A stretch of DNA of 64,000 bases, taken from the NCBI RefSeq assembly GCF_009914755.1, contig NC_060936.1, one strand, 5' to 3'. Under the pieces are notes generated by a model. That model made no database searches. It saw only the letters and a program-made list of their open reading frames with translations, and was not told where the DNA came from. Each line of letters opens with the position of its first letter. Position 1 is the first letter of the stretch. The position numbers were made by a program, and so were the translations under genes. Origin of the DNA: the human T2T-CHM13v2.0 reference genome, Homo sapiens. Below, in pieces: positions 1 to 14,996 of this stretch.

Positions 1-548
1 TTTCTAAAGACTCTTCCAGCATTAAAATACATTAATTCTTTGCATACATCCATGCCTTTTGCTGCTTTTGCAGCTTTCAGGGTTAATGAGAGCTGTCAGG
101 AGCAGTATGACCTTAGAGGGAAATGGCTCATATCAAGAGAGCAGATGCCAATCCCTTCTAGTACTCTCCCTGGGCAGATGACCCACTCCCTATTTAAATC
201 CTTGGCTTTTTTTCTTCTCTGATAAGTGCCTGCATAATTGATACTGTTGCCAGTGATCAAACGCTGAAATGACTAAATGATAGAGCTGAAAAAGACCCTA
301 AGGTGTTATCTAGTCCAATTATGCCCCCTAAACCCCAAAGAGTCTGAAAGAGTAATGGGGCCCATGAGCCAAGTTTAGTATTTCAAATGTCTCGTGGTAA
401 TTCTATATTTGGAGACAATATTGTAAGGTTAAGCAAGCTGTGGAAGCATGAGGTTGCTCTGCTTATGGCTGGAGTTATAAATGTGAAAATGGATCAGTTA
501 TTCCTAGTAACTGCTCTTGAGTAAGCAGAATCTTTCAAAATGTCATAG

Positions 549-856
549 CTTTGTTGTCTAATACATAATGGCCACTCACCACATACGGCTTTCAAGCACT
601 TGAATGTGACTGATCCTTACTGAGTTACGCTGTGAGTGTAAACCACACATCAGATTTCAAAAACTTAGTATAAAAAAGTGAATATTTCATTAATTTATAT
701 TGATTATCTGTTTAAATGATATTTTCAATACATTGGGTTATATAAAATATTTTATTAAAAGTGATGTCGATTGTGTGTTTTTACTTCTCTTTACTGTGGG
801 GACTAAAATATTTTAAATTCCATTATATGGGTAACATTTCTATTGGGAGTACTGCT
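549..856 (-). mobile_element. MER33-like hAT-Charlie DNA transposon
   Basis: GCCACTCACCACATACGGCT...AAGCACTTGAATGTG...GTGAGTGTAAA...TTTCTATTGG resembles the reverse complement of the MER33 consensus. Confidence 0.7.
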
Positions 857-894
857 CTAGAGTAAGAGATTTCTGGGTGTGAAAAGGCTGAGAC

Positions 895-985
895 TCACTC
901 CTTGTTTTGCAGGTGAGTAAGGTGGGTCAGAGAGGTTAGGCCATTTGTTCAAGATCACACAGCAAGTAGGTAGCCAAGTTAGGAG
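895..985 (-). mobile_element. MIR fragment
   Basis: TTTTGCAGGTGAG...CAGAGAGGTTAGG...TTCAAGATCACACAGCAAGTAGG, the MIR core. Confidence 0.6.
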
Positions 986-2307
986 TAGGCCAGCATACTT
1001 TCCTTTACCAAAAATGGCCAAAGGGATCATAGTGATTTTTTTACATGGAGTCTATGACATTGCTGCTTTGGGTCAAAGCCAAAAATATTGTGTAGAATAT
1101 TAGCAGTTTTCTAAAGCCCTAAGCCCAAGTTGTATCACCCAGTATCAAATCCAATCAAAAATATATTAAAAAGAATACAAGGAAGAAAAGGAAAGAGGAG
1201 AAACCTCCCTATAGAAGACCCAGTAAGCAATCTGTTTTCATTCTTGAACAGATTTCTTTCACACCAGTGCCCTGGTATTACTGGAAAAAAGTACATTAAT
1301 TACGGGAGTAAAGCACAATAAGAAAACATTTACAAGGAGTCCAGCCCTCATCCATCATGCCTTTCCCTCCAACAAAGCAAGAATCTCTTTAACAAATACC
1401 CATTAAAAGATTAAGCCTAAGAATAAATTGTTTCTTAGTCCCCAGGCAGTTCATTTGACATCATTTCCATAGGATTAGGGACTCCAGCAATATGTGTTTA
1501 GCACAGGGCTATAGTCACACTGCATAGTATTGGTCTAAACCATTCCAAAATATTTTTTTAGATCTCGAACTAATAAGACTTTTATGTGGCTGGTAATTAT
1601 ACTAATATTTCACCCACAAATTGGGCCTTTTTCCCCCTCCACAGTGTGTAACCAAACGCAGCAATTCTGCCTTTAAAAAAAACGAACCACCACCTGTTAA
1701 AAAGTGGTCTAGGAAGTATAGCAATGTCATGGAGCTCTTGAGGATGTGTATAATTGAATAGAAAGGAAACCTAGCATCTGGCGCACTCAGTTCTTAGTCC
1801 CTTTTCCTCTGAGCCATCATTTCTCTTCTGATAACTGTATTTGGTTCTTATAATTACTGATACTATGATGTGTGGAGTTTAAAGTACCCAACAGTTGTAT
1901 AAGGCTTGTTACAAACACCTTCAATGTCCCCACTCCCCTCCCTTCACTCTTGATTTCTTTTTGATTTCCTGCTCACCAGGGCAACCACATTCAAATCTTT
2001 TAACTGATTCTTTTGTCATTCACCTCCTCCAATTCTTAAATCACGTGCTTGTATTGGTTTTTTTTTTTTTTTTTTTTCATTTCTAAATATTATCTAGCAT
2101 TATTTCACTGTAGGAAATGACAGTTTGTCCTTTCTTCCCCCTACCCCAACCCCTCCCATAGATGCATCCTCGTAATCATAATTTTGGACAGAACAATTTA
2201 GTGTTTACATATTAAGATTATATAAGTGCCATTTGAAGCTGAGTCACCTACTCTTTTATGGTTCTTCTTTTCCAGTCACTTTTCTTTTTCCCTGGAGTTG
2301 ATAATGA

Positions 2308-2624
<317 letters not shown>

Positions 2625-2945
2625 GATCGTATTTCTTGTTTTAATGTCCTTCTTACTTGGTTTTTTATCTCCTTCACTAATTCATCCGCCCTGCCTCACT
2701 CTCCTCTCAGTAGTTCAGATGCCATAGGTGTGATGAGCCTTGAAGCAAGAGCTTCTACCTGCTTCGGTCTGGGCTTCAGGTTGGTGCCCAGCTATGACCT
2801 TTCTTCACTTTTTCTCTCCTTCGGGTGTGAGTCCCTTTCCTGAATTCTGGCCTTAATGGAGGACAATTTCCAATAGCTTCCTGAGAAAGGGTAGGGGGGA
2901 GGCAACTTTATTGAGACCTTGCGTGTCTGAAGAATGTCTTTCTTC

Positions 2946-2992
2946 TTTCCTCATACTTGATAGATTATTTCCTCATACTTGATAGATTATTT
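2946..2992. repeat. Perfect 22-bp tandem duplication
   Basis: TTTCCTCATACTTGATAGATTA x2 plus TTT. Confidence 0.95.
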
Positions 2993-3984
2993 GTCTTACT
3001 GTATGATTTTAGACATGGGGTAATTTTCCCCCAGAATTTTGAAGGTAGCACTCCATTGCATTTTTTTTCAGTGCCATTGTTGAGAAGACCATGCCATTCC
3101 GATCTTTAATCTTTTGCATAAACCTTTGTTTGTTGACTTATTGTTCCCTGGAAGCATTTTTTTATTCCCCAGATTCTGCAGTTTTACAGTAATGTGCCTT
3201 AGTCTGGGTCTGTGCTAATCCTGATGCTCTTTCAATCTGGATATTCATTTCCTTTCATTCTGGGAACTGTCCTCCTGTTTTCTTCATTCTTTCTCCAGAA
3301 CTCCCATTATTAGGATGTAGGTCCAATAATTATCTTTATTTTTCACCTCTTAATATTTTAAGTTCCTCTTGGAGAGATTCCTCAACCTTTTTTGTCAGCA
3401 CTTCTTTTTTTTTTTGTTTCTGATATCATACTTTTAATATTCAAGTACTTTTTTTGTTCGACTTGTTCTTCATTATAGCATCTTGTTTTTGTTTCATAGT
3501 TGCAATATCTTATTTCTCTCTGGATGATATTTTTCTTTCCCTGAGTTGTCTGTTTTCCCCACGTTGCCTTTGTCTGGTTTTGGTCTTTGTTTTGCTGTCT
3601 GCCTTCTATACTCAAACGTCTGGTGATCCCTGCATGTCTGCCCATTTCTGAGAGTTGATGGACCCCTCAAGCACTGAAGGCAAGTTCTCCGTGCCTGGGT
3701 GAACGTGCTCTCTAGGGTGGCCTGCCCACACATTTCCTTGGGATGCCATTGGGTAAATATCTCCAGGTCTTTTGTCTTTGGCTGCTTAGATTCCCAAGAG
3801 ATGGTTGACTCTTCTAGTAGCCATCCTGGAGGGTAGATTCTAGCTGCCAACCTCCTAGGAGCACGGTGGGAGAAGAAGGGGTAGGGGGCACAGTGAGCAC
3901 AGTGGTCAACATATGCATGTTCTTTTAATCTTTCATATAATTTCCGTTAATTCCACCTAGTCATTTTGGTACCAGAGGATAAAC

Positions 3985-4284
<300 letters not shown>

Positions 4285-5118
4285 AGAGCTTAAGCTTCTA
4301 ATCTGCCATGGTAGGGGAGGAGCCGTGACTCGACTGTCCAGATTTTCACATGTAACTAGTGACACCAGTCCCCAATCCTTTCACGGATTCTGCCATGTGA
4401 ATTTGGTTATATCACATCTTTCCTTACTATGAGTTTAGAATTCCGCTTTCTTGGGTTTGCTAAGTAAATTACCACCGGTTCATCTGCTTTCAAGTTTCTG
4501 GTTTGTTTTTCTTTCTTTTTCTCCCCTCCCTCCACCCCCTTATCTCTTCTGGTGTCTTTGTCCTTGTAGATTTGTGCCTTCTTAAAAATCTCTTTACTGT
4601 TACTTTAGAGGATTTGGGGGAACGAGAACAGAGCTAAAATTAACTTCCTCCTCTGATGAATGTTGACAGTCTTCCTGCCATAGGGATGTTGTCCAAAATA
4701 CGTGTTCATGTGTATGTCAAACTAGAGCTTCTCAGGAGGAAAGCTCTTTGTCCATTGAAATTGTTGTCACTATTGATAGTCTTTTTACCCTTAGACCAGT
4801 ACAACTTGAGTCACACGTGTGGCCCATAAAGATTCCTGTAAGGTCGTGCATAAGGGACAAGTAGTTGTAGCTTTGTATTCGTGTCCAGTTGATGAAAACA
4901 AATTGCTATATCTCCTTTGTTACAAGAAATCTATGGAAGAATCTGGATAGAACCCAGATAGTTATATTTTTGTTTTTACACTGACCCCTTTAATTCAATA
5001 AAGACATCAATATGTGAATACATAATAACTGACACATACTACTATATAAGTGTTCATTGATATTGTTATATGCTGTTTTTTTTTAATAATACTTGTAAAT
5101 TTTCCAAGAGTTTTATCT

Positions 5119-5277
5119 AATGTTTCTCAAACCCAGCTGCACAACAGATTCACCTGGTGGTCGTTTAAAAAAAAAGATTTCATTTCCCACCTTGGGCCTA
5201 CTAATCTTCAGGGTGGGTGCAGTAGCAAAACAGAGCTTCCATTTTCTGGAGAAGAAGTGAGACATTTTGAGAACCCC
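5119..5277. mobile_element. MER5-like hAT MITE
   Basis: TTTCTCAAAC...GCACAACAGATTCACCTGG...TTTGAGAACC terminal inverted repeats. Confidence 0.55.
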
Positions 5278-5710
5278 GTTGGGAGGGTCGTACACATCAC
5301 TGATGGTCATTTAGAAAGACAGCAAGATGAAGCAAGGAGCCAGCTCTGAGAGCTGCGGCTAAAAGCAAAGCCTGTATCCACAGCAAATAGATAAATCAAT
5401 ATACACGTGTAGTATAAATGTATAGAACACCTGGAAACCAAGGCACTATGCTGGGCCCTCCTTCTGTACAGAACACTTAGGCAGTATGTTGCCCCCTTTC
5501 TTTATGATGTTTTGCCCCTTTGTTTCAGTCAGATTTTACCTGGATAGGAGGATGAGCAGAAGAGGCTGGTGTGGATGTGCATTTTGTTCCTGCTCTCCCA
5601 GTGACAGACATTGAAGTGTTGGCCGGAGCTAGCTAAGAATTTACTTTAGACAAAATCCTGAATAGGACCCACACAACTCTGAGACGGATTACATTTAAAA
5701 ATTAATCCTC

Positions 5711-6035
<325 letters not shown>

Positions 6036-6466
6036 CTAATGGGGTTCAATTTTCATTCATCTACTGTAAAACCAAACAATTCTTATTTGCAGCTGAGCTA
6101 AGGGGCAGAAAAAGGAGGAAATAAAAAGCATTAAGTTTTATTTCCATGTATGCAACCCAGAAGGTTCTAAATGGTTACTTTATTTGAGCAACTTACTTTA
6201 TTAATAGCAACTTCTTGTTTAACTAGAGCAGTGTTGGAAAAATAATTTAACAGAAATTTTAGTTAGGGGGCTACGGGAGGGGTGGGAGATGAAAAACTGA
6301 AGAATGACGAAATTCACATCCACTAATGTTTACATTTTTAAAGCTTTAATGTCTGTTTTTAAGGAATAGTTCTTTAATTTAAAAAAAAAAAAACCTTAAC
6401 ATATTCTCTGTATACTCTAGTGTTGGAACAATGGTGACTGATATCGGAGCTTTCAGTTGGTACAGT

Positions 6467-6625
6467 AATAATAGCTAAAGCTCACCCAGCACTAACTGTG
6501 GCAGATATTGTCCTAAGCACTTTACATCTGCTAGCTCATTTTATCCTCCCAAGAGCCCTTTGAGAAGTTTCTGTTATTACCTCCAATTTAAGATGAGGAA
6601 ACTGAGGCACCAACGGCAAGCTTGC
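6467..6625 (-). mobile_element. MIR
   Basis: CTAAGCACTTTACAT...CTCATTTTATCCTC...GATGAGGAAACTGAGGCAC. Confidence 0.75.
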
Positions 6626-9600
6626 TCATGAGTGGTGGAGCTCCCCTGTTCATTTAACCATGTTGCTGTATTGCCTGGTGCTGCTTACCACAGGTGCCTG
6701 GCCCATAGGACTTTATGTCCTGGACTGGGCAAGGTTATAGAAGATGTTTTAGTTATTAGACAAAGAAAGCCATGCTGTTCCTTCCACACACCATCTCATT
6801 CAAAACCAATGGTCACTCTGTTTGGGGGCCACTAGGAGAGATGAGGTTCAGAGAACTCCAGTAAATTAAGGTCACAAGGTCACACAGATGAACAGTGGCT
6901 ACCACTATCAGCTAGGATTCAACCCAGGTCGGACTCTACAGCTGGTGGGATGCCTCCCTTCTCTTAGTATATGTGCTCTGTTTTGCCGCTCAGGAGGCAG
7001 GAAAGAAAGATCAAGGATGAGTAGGTGCCTGTACTCCTAGTTACCTTGCGTAGCGCTATGTGACTCTTACTTGTATTTCCCAGGCATAAACCTGGCTGCA
7101 TGGCAAAGAAAGCCAGGAAGGCAGCGTTCTCCTTTTTTGTGTAGAAGAAAATACTCTTGCCTCAGCAGCAGAGAACTGTGTCCACCTACTGTTTATTTTC
7201 CTCCCCCTTTTTCTTTTTTTCTTCATCAAAAAGATATGAATGCTGAGATCATCCCAGAGAAATCTAGAATAAATACCATGAGAAAATAGTCCCTCTGGAA
7301 GGCGTCTTGTACTCCTGCTGTTTGTAAATGTGAAAAGCTCAGCAACCGGGCAGCTGGATGGGTATAAATATAGCCCACAGCACTGACGCCCGCTGAATCC
7401 TGCTTTCTTAGAGGCACAATGGGAACCCACGGAAGTCAGAGAAGGAGCAGTAAAGCCCAGTCGATCAATCAGCCTCTCTCTTTCTCTCTCTCCATCCTGG
7501 ACCTTAGTGTGGGCGTGAGGATAGAAGCAGCTTTAAGAGTGCACTTAAAATAGCTCTTGGAACTGGACATTGGCTAAGCTCAAAGACAAGGAAGATGCTT
7601 CCTATGAAACCGACCTCTGCCTGACCCTTACCTGGGGCTATTTTGACCATTCTGGTCCGTGATCTTAGGGCTGTGTTCTTTCTCAGTTCAGCTGCTTGGG
7701 CACAAGCAGGTTTTCTAGTGCACGCTCCAGGCGTTTGGCGCCTCTCTGCTGCCTCCGTACTCAGAGATCTTATTCTAACTAGACTCAGCTGTCTGAAGCC
7801 TGGTGATTAAAAATAGCCTCCTGGTGCTAGCTGTGGAATCAAGGGAGAGATACTCAGTGAGCAGAGAGGTCAGCTTGACGCAAGACACCTGACTGTCATA
7901 CCTGTGGGTTTCCTTGCACCTGAGTTTTTTATCTCTTGAGGTATTTTCCTTTTATACTCTATCAGTGCCCATTTTTTATGGCTATGCAAGATAAACCAGT
8001 CATTTCAGATTTGTGGGGATTAGTAGAAGTCTGCATTTTGGCAGGAGAAAACCATTATTTTACTTGGTGGTTCCCAGAAATAAAGTCTCTAGTTATCATT
8101 CCATGCAGACATCAATGAGATTTGCCATTGAGGCATACATTTATTTGTTTTCTCTTTCTCATTTGGTGGTAAATACTTCAAAGTAAAGAACCATGTCCTC
8201 TACTTCCGTTGTAACTGCCCACAAAACTTAATAATTCATCTTACATGTCTTGTTTTGTGACCGTTGAACTGACCGTAACAGCCTTTCTCTGATGTCCATG
8301 GCATGCCATTAGTAAGAGTCACAAATACTGTGATACTCGCCTAATCCATTTTTAAAGTCTGTTCAGGGATAGTCTAAGAGTACAAGGCATATGTGCATAT
8401 TTGCTTTTAGTTGTTTCATTCAATGTAAGCTGGATCTGTGCCTTACTTTTAACTTCTAAGATTGCTTCCTTCAAATTGGACCTCAGCATATAATATTTAT
8501 AAAAATAAAGCAGGAACTGTTATTTGGTTAAAGCAGAATATACTTAAAATATTAAACTTGGGATAACTTAGAGAAAGCCCTGAAGTTGAAGAGCTTGGGG
8601 CTCTGTCAGTCCGCTGGTGGCCGGAGTGCCCCAGCACCGGGCCTTCCTCACAAAACATTCTGCCTCTGATTCCCTATCCTTGGAACTGGTGCCCAGTTAG
8701 CAAAGAGCACCAGCTGTTCTGGCCTTGGGGACGATGCATGGAGGAGGGGCACCCTCCAAGGAAACCAGGCCAATAGAGCCAAAGTGAACAATTTCAGTCA
8801 TCATTGGGAACCATGATAGATTATGTAGCACTTTAATGATTGATTTCCTAAAAACCATTCATGCAGTCTTTGGAAGTTCAGCTTGTCACTTACTGGCGTG
8901 CCCTCCAGGGCTTCTGTCCACATCGATTTCACCACTACATCTCCACCCATGGAAGGCATGGGCCAAACCCATTCATATTCCAGAGAACAAGGTGCAGTTT
9001 CCATGGTATACAGAAAGGTAATATTGTACAGTGGGCAATAACATTCCAGTTCCGGCTCTGCTACTTCCTACTTCTGAGCAACTTGGAAGGTTGCCTAACC
9101 TCTCCAAAGACCTAGATAAAATGGGGTTAAGAATAGTGTCCACTTCATAGGGTGGTTCGAAGAAATAAGTGAAAATATAAATGTAAAACACTTAGTACAG
9201 TGTCTGTCACACAGCAAGGACTCAGTAAATGTTAGCCAAGAGGGGAGGAAGGAGGCTGCCACCCTTATCTGTTAGCTCAGCTTCAAAAAGCCTAGCAAAA
9301 TAACATCATGAATTTGATCTGAGTGGTCACAGCAAATCCATTCCCTCACTGATGAAGCTCAAATTACCTTGGCCACATTCTTTAGATTTTTCCCTTTGCC
9401 TCTGAATGAAGCATTCACTTGACGTAGATAAAATACAGACACCTCAGCCTCCAGTTCAGCCACTGTCCAGTCAAGCAGGAAAGTACATTGTGAGTGAGTC
9501 TTAAGTGAAAAGGACTAGTTATGATGCATTTGAGACAAGAAAGTAGATCGAGCTTTAGGCTTTTCCTTTTCTTGCCGGAAAGGAAAAAAACAACATTGCA

Positions 9601-10057
9601 TTAATCATCATCTGGTCCTCGGCCAAGATTCGTATTTACCTGTTATGTGCCATATTCATACTCACCCTGTAATGTGGCAGCCTCGTGCCATTTATCATTC
9701 CAACAGCCCATAACAGATGAGGAGACACAGATGACTTGTCCAGGGTCATCAAGCTTGTCAATGGCAGAGTGAATGTTGGAGCTCAGACCTTCTGACTCTC
9801 AACCCAATGAGATACAAATAAAATAGTGGAAACCACCAGCCAGCCCTCCCAAGTGTTTAGGGGCATTAAAGACACTGGCCATCCTAAAGGCGCCTCTTAC
9901 TCTTATACATCATCTACCACTGAAACCAGAGCTTCCGCTGTGCACTGTCCATGCGTGGGGCCGATCAAGGACACCAAGGCTGTGCAATGACAGGTTTCTT
10001 CTCTATAAACTTTCCTTGTCTCTTTCTTTTAAGACATTGAATAGCACTAAGGGATAA

Positions 10058-10310
<253 letters not shown>

Positions 10311-12289
10311 TAGGGTAATTTCTTAAAGTAGAGCTTTATCTCCTTGTCGAGAGGCATTTAGATGTCCTTTCTTCAATGAAAGATTCTTTTTCTCCTCTAA
10401 AGAACCCAGAAATAATTTGTTGGTCCTTTACTATGATGTCCCTAACAGATCTAATCATGCCTCTCCATTTTGAGACCATTCATTCTTTCAAACACCATTA
10501 TTTTTATTCAGACAGTGTACCTAGCAATAGTCCCGGCACTGGGAACACAGAAATGAAAAGTTACTCTCTTTAAGAAATTCACAGTTCCAAAACCTCGGCT
10601 GTACCCACAGAGTCAGGGTCATAGGGAAGTTTCAGTACCAGATAGTGGGAGGAGGGCCAGGGCTGCCAGTCGTTGGTGAATGTGGTAAGGTGGCAGGCTG
10701 TTGGCAGTTGAGAGCTGGCATCCAGCATTAACCTTAGAAACAAAGAGCTCAAGGAGCAGAAATCCAGCCACAGAGACTGGGATTCGGTCATAGGACTTCT
10801 GTTATTGAGAAGGACTGGAAGACAGAGCTGGGTAGGAACCAAGATAGGCATCCCATTACAGCAAAGGCTTGTTTTTAGGTGGCAGACAAGGGCACAGAAA
10901 AGCCAGCAGGAGTGACTCAATACTGGTTCCCTGAACCACTGGTCCCAAGCTTCCTCTTGATAAAGGGTAGGCCTGGTCCCGGAGTCTGGGTGGAGCTGAA
11001 CTTCAAAGTAAAGGAGGGTTAAGTAAGCCTAACTGGAAAGGTTCTGGGCCGTAGGGGCAGACAGCCAAGCATCTCACTGCAGCTAAAACCCAAGTAAAAT
11101 AAATAGGACTTATGGTATGCACAAATCTCTCATACCAGAGAAAGTGGACATTCCAAGTTTGTGTGATTTGAAGGAAAAGATTTTAGTTCCGTGGTTCTTG
11201 TAGGTTGTTACTAGATTGCTAGAATGCTTATAATATAAGATAGTTTTGTGTGATGGGTTTATTTGGGAATGTGATGATAGAAACAAAAGGAAATTCCTTT
11301 GTTTTTTATTACCATACAAGGATAAGATTTTGAGATTATCTTTCCAAGGAAAACTTATCAACTATCTATTATGTATCAGGCACAATCCTTTGTACTGGGA
11401 TTCCAAAGACAAATAAGATAGTTCTTGACCTCAAGGAACTTGTAATTCGTTGGGGAAGACAGATAAGTAACCAACAAATTAGAATGTAGGGTGATTGGAG
11501 TGTGTTTCATGTCACTGCGCCACAGAAGAGAAGCAGTTGACTTAGGAGAGGAGAAAGTTTAATTTGGGCCATGAAGGAAATTAAAAGTAAAGACCTCCAA
11601 ATTGGTGGGCAGCCATTGAAGGATTTTAGGAAAGTGATGTGCTGAGGGATGGATTATAAGATCGGGGGCAGAAAGACCAGTTACAAGGGAAAATCATGCT
11701 GGTCATGCCCCAGTACTTACATTTTTCTCATACCACCTCTTAGAGCCCCTGAAAGTGTAGACTCCACTATGGAGAAGCAACACAAATGTGAAATACTAGC
11801 TTGCGAGCCACGTGGGTAGCTCTTTCCTCTTCAGGAAAGGGGAATGCTAGTGTCTAGAAGTGGGAGAGATTGAAATGATTCTGTAATGAGGAAATAAGTT
11901 ACGTTAGGGCACATATATAAAGAAACAGCAGAAAAAATGTAAAATCTCAATCACTCTGTAGCCATGACATTTATAAAAATGAAAATTTTACAAGAGTATT
12001 TCTAAATGCTTTGAAGTTGGCCCCCAAAAAGCCTGCCTACCTTCACTTTGAGTTACAAATAAAATCCCTAGTGTTGCATAGCTGTGTGAGTGGTATTTAC
12101 ATTCTCACACATTTCAGATCTCTTGAGTCCATTTTGCTAGTATTTGTTTTCCTTGGAGATAGGAGTTAATTCAGTCACACTTTCTTCCCCTGACAATAAC
12201 TGCATTTTTTTCTCTAAGGTAGCTTTCCCTCCAACCGTTGCTTGTTGTTCTTACCCAAGACCCAGTATCTGCCAAAACAAATGTATGTG

Positions 12290-12415
12290 AGTGATAAACG
12301 CTGAGAGGAATGTCTGTTGGACCACAGGAAATTTCCTGTTCAGGAAGAGATCTTGGGAACTTCCTGTGGAGGAGTGCATTGTGGGACTTTTGGCTGCAGT
12401 CCCTTGACCACAGCT
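12290..12415. promoter_or_regulatory. Candidate enhancer module A (ETS/RUNX/GATA/kB-like)
   Basis: TGATAA, ACCACA x2, palindrome ACAGGAAATTTCCTGT (12324-12339), CAGGAAG, AACTTCCTGT, in non-repeat DNA. Confidence 0.55.
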
Positions 12416-13070
12416 GCAATTAACTAAAGGCAGAGGGGGAGGGGAGAGGAAGAAGAGGAGACAGCTACCCACAGACATTCTTATCCATGTAGCCCGAGGA
12501 GAGAATGGGCTCATACAGGTTCACAACTTTGCAAGTGAACTAGATGTCTAGTGCAGAACAAGATCACTGTGCCCAACCTCCTTTACTGCCATCCATCTTT
12601 CACAGCCTTCCCGGTGCTTTCCTAGGGCTCCTAAAAACAGTCACTGTCACATTATCCATGTGCATTCCCCAGTCCCTCATAAGCACACATGAAGTGTCCA
12701 TGCCCTCTGTAGCCCCACCAACTGTTTGGAATCTCTTGATTAGCTTCTAGAATCCAGGCATTGGAGTTGGTGGTCTTTCTCCATCCCAACTTACGTATGA
12801 AAGAGAGGAGAGGAGAACCCGTGGCTCTTTGACATACCTTCATGTGACCCTAAAAGCATTAGGGAAACGTTATGGAACTGTTACGAAAAAAGAGGTTAAT
12901 AAATCCAATTGATAAGCACAATCAAAACCAACAGGAGAACCATGCATTCTTGTGCTGCAATGCCATTACGAAATGAAGTCCTCGTTAATACCTCATACTC
13001 CCCTTCTTGGTCCCCAAACTGGGCACGTCTACTTTGCATTCAAGTGCCTGATGTGTGTGCGTGTGTGTGT

Positions 13071-13284
13071 TTTATTTTTTATTTTTTATTTTTTTGAGAC
13101 AACCTATTGCCTAGGTTGGAGTACAGTGGCATGATCACTGCTCACTGCAGCCTCGATGGCCTGGGCTCAAGTGATCCTCCTGCCTTAGCCTCTGGGTCCC
13201 TGGGACAGACAGGCATACCACCATGCCCTGCTAATTTTTAACAATTACTTGTAGAGACAAAGTGTTGCTATGTTGCCCAGGCTC
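13071..13284 (-). mobile_element. AluJ/FRAM partial
   Basis: Reverse Alu right arm plus part of left arm. Confidence 0.85.
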
Positions 13285-13564
13285 TTGATGTTTCTTTACA
13301 GCCTTCACTCAGTGCTTTTATGGAGTCCATCTCTGAAGAGCAGGGCTTATATTTGAGTTTCAAAAATCTAAAGTCTCAGCTGGTGGCAATTTACATCTGA
13401 TAATATATATGACCTTGGAAGTCTCTGGCAGACATAGGAAAGGGGAGTGGACATCTAAGGACTGAAAAATATCCCAGGCCATTTTCTGGGTCATGGAAAA
13501 GTAACCTGACCTTCTTATCCCACCTCCTATTCATCATCCATCTCACCTCCCATCCCCATCACAT

Positions 13565-14003
13565 TTTAAATTTTAATTAATTTTTCATTGGCAGATAAAA
13601 GTCATATGTTTATGGTATACATACATAAAACATGATATTTTAATGTATGTATACATGTGGACTGGCTAGATCAAGCTAATTAACATAGCCATTAACTCAC
13701 ATACCTGTTTTTTGTGGTGAGAACATTTAAAATCTACCATCTTCATAATTTTCAAACATACACAGTGTTATTAACCATAATCACCGTGTTATACAACAGA
13801 TCTCCTGAGCTTATTCCTCCCATCTAACTGACGTTTTGTATCCTTTGACCAACACCTCCCCACCCGCATCCCTTCTTTTACTCTGCTTGAGTTCAACTTT
13901 TAGATTCCACATGTAAGCGAGATCGTGTAATATATATCTTTTCATTACTGGCTTATTTCACTTAGCATAATGTGCACCAGATTCACCCATGTTGCTGCAG
14001 ATG
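13565..14003 (-). mobile_element. L1MA-type 3' end
   Basis: ATCAAGCTAATTAACATA...GTGGTGAGAACATTTAAAATCTA...TAGATTCCACATGTAAGCGAGATC...CTGGCTTATTTCACTTAGCATAATG. Confidence 0.85.
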
Positions 14004-14091
14004 GACTTCAAAATGTAAAATATTCTTCATGAGAATGAAGTTACCCCCCCAGAAAGGGGGACCAGTTACTCCCCAGAAAGAATTAAAAAGT

Positions 14092-14220
14092 AGCCGGGCA
14101 TGGTGGCACACACCTGTAATCCAGCTAATAGGGAGGCTTAGTTGGGGGGATCACTTGAGCCCAGGAGTTTGAGACCAGTCTCACAGTCTCAGCAACATAG
14201 CCAGTCTCATATTTTTAAAA
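14092..14220 (+). mobile_element. FLAM / Alu monomer
   Basis: GCCGGGCATGGTGGCACACACCTGTAATCC...GATCACTTGAGCCCAGGAGTTTGAGACCAG. Confidence 0.8.
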
Positions 14221-14996
14221 CAAGAATTAAAAAGCAAGAATAGTTTGCAGCAAACATTTTCTGAGACTTTTCTAGATAATACTAGGTTTAGTCCGCCCTC
14301 CAAAGTAGTATAATTACATCATGGTTTTAAAATTAAAAGCAAAAATATAGGTGAAGCAAAAGTGAGCTTTATTCATCGAAAATTTGTCCTCACTCATCCC
14401 ATGTGACTTTTTAAAGTGTAATTCTAAGGAGACTCCCAGCATCCGGATGGCAAATACGTGAACAGAGAAACATAAATTAACTGGAAGGGAACAAAATAGA
14501 CCTCTCAGCTGACCAATTCTTTGTAGCTTTGACATTGGCCTTTAAAAGAACGAGGCAAACTTTTTTAAAGAAAGTTATCTAATTTAATGCAAGAGGTAAC
14601 TCTCTGGCTATGACTTAGGGTAATTAGGCCTATTTTCTACATTTTGGACGTGTTTCCTATGGCTGGAATGTAAAAGCTTATTTAATATTGATGTAACCCC
14701 AAAATTTAAGTAATTGGAATGCACTATTTCTATCACATTCTATTGAGCTGAAGTATAGGTTGTGCTCTGTTCAATTCAGGTTGTCTTGACAAAGACTGAG
14801 AAATAGAATGGCCCTCCAAGGGCATACCTGACTATTCTGCGGATAACACAGTCACGCAGGCATTTGCTATAGTGAAAATACTGTTATGGTTAAGCTAGTG
14901 GTATCTTGTATTTCAATGATACCTTACGGTTTACCAGTTTTCATGTAATATATTAACCTATCTCATTTAATCATTACAGTGTTCCTTGGTGTACAG

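Noticed and set aside
7730-7755. Possible CTCF site (GGCGCCTCTCTGCTGCC)
   Set aside because: One-base spacing mismatch to the core motif; not supportable by eye.
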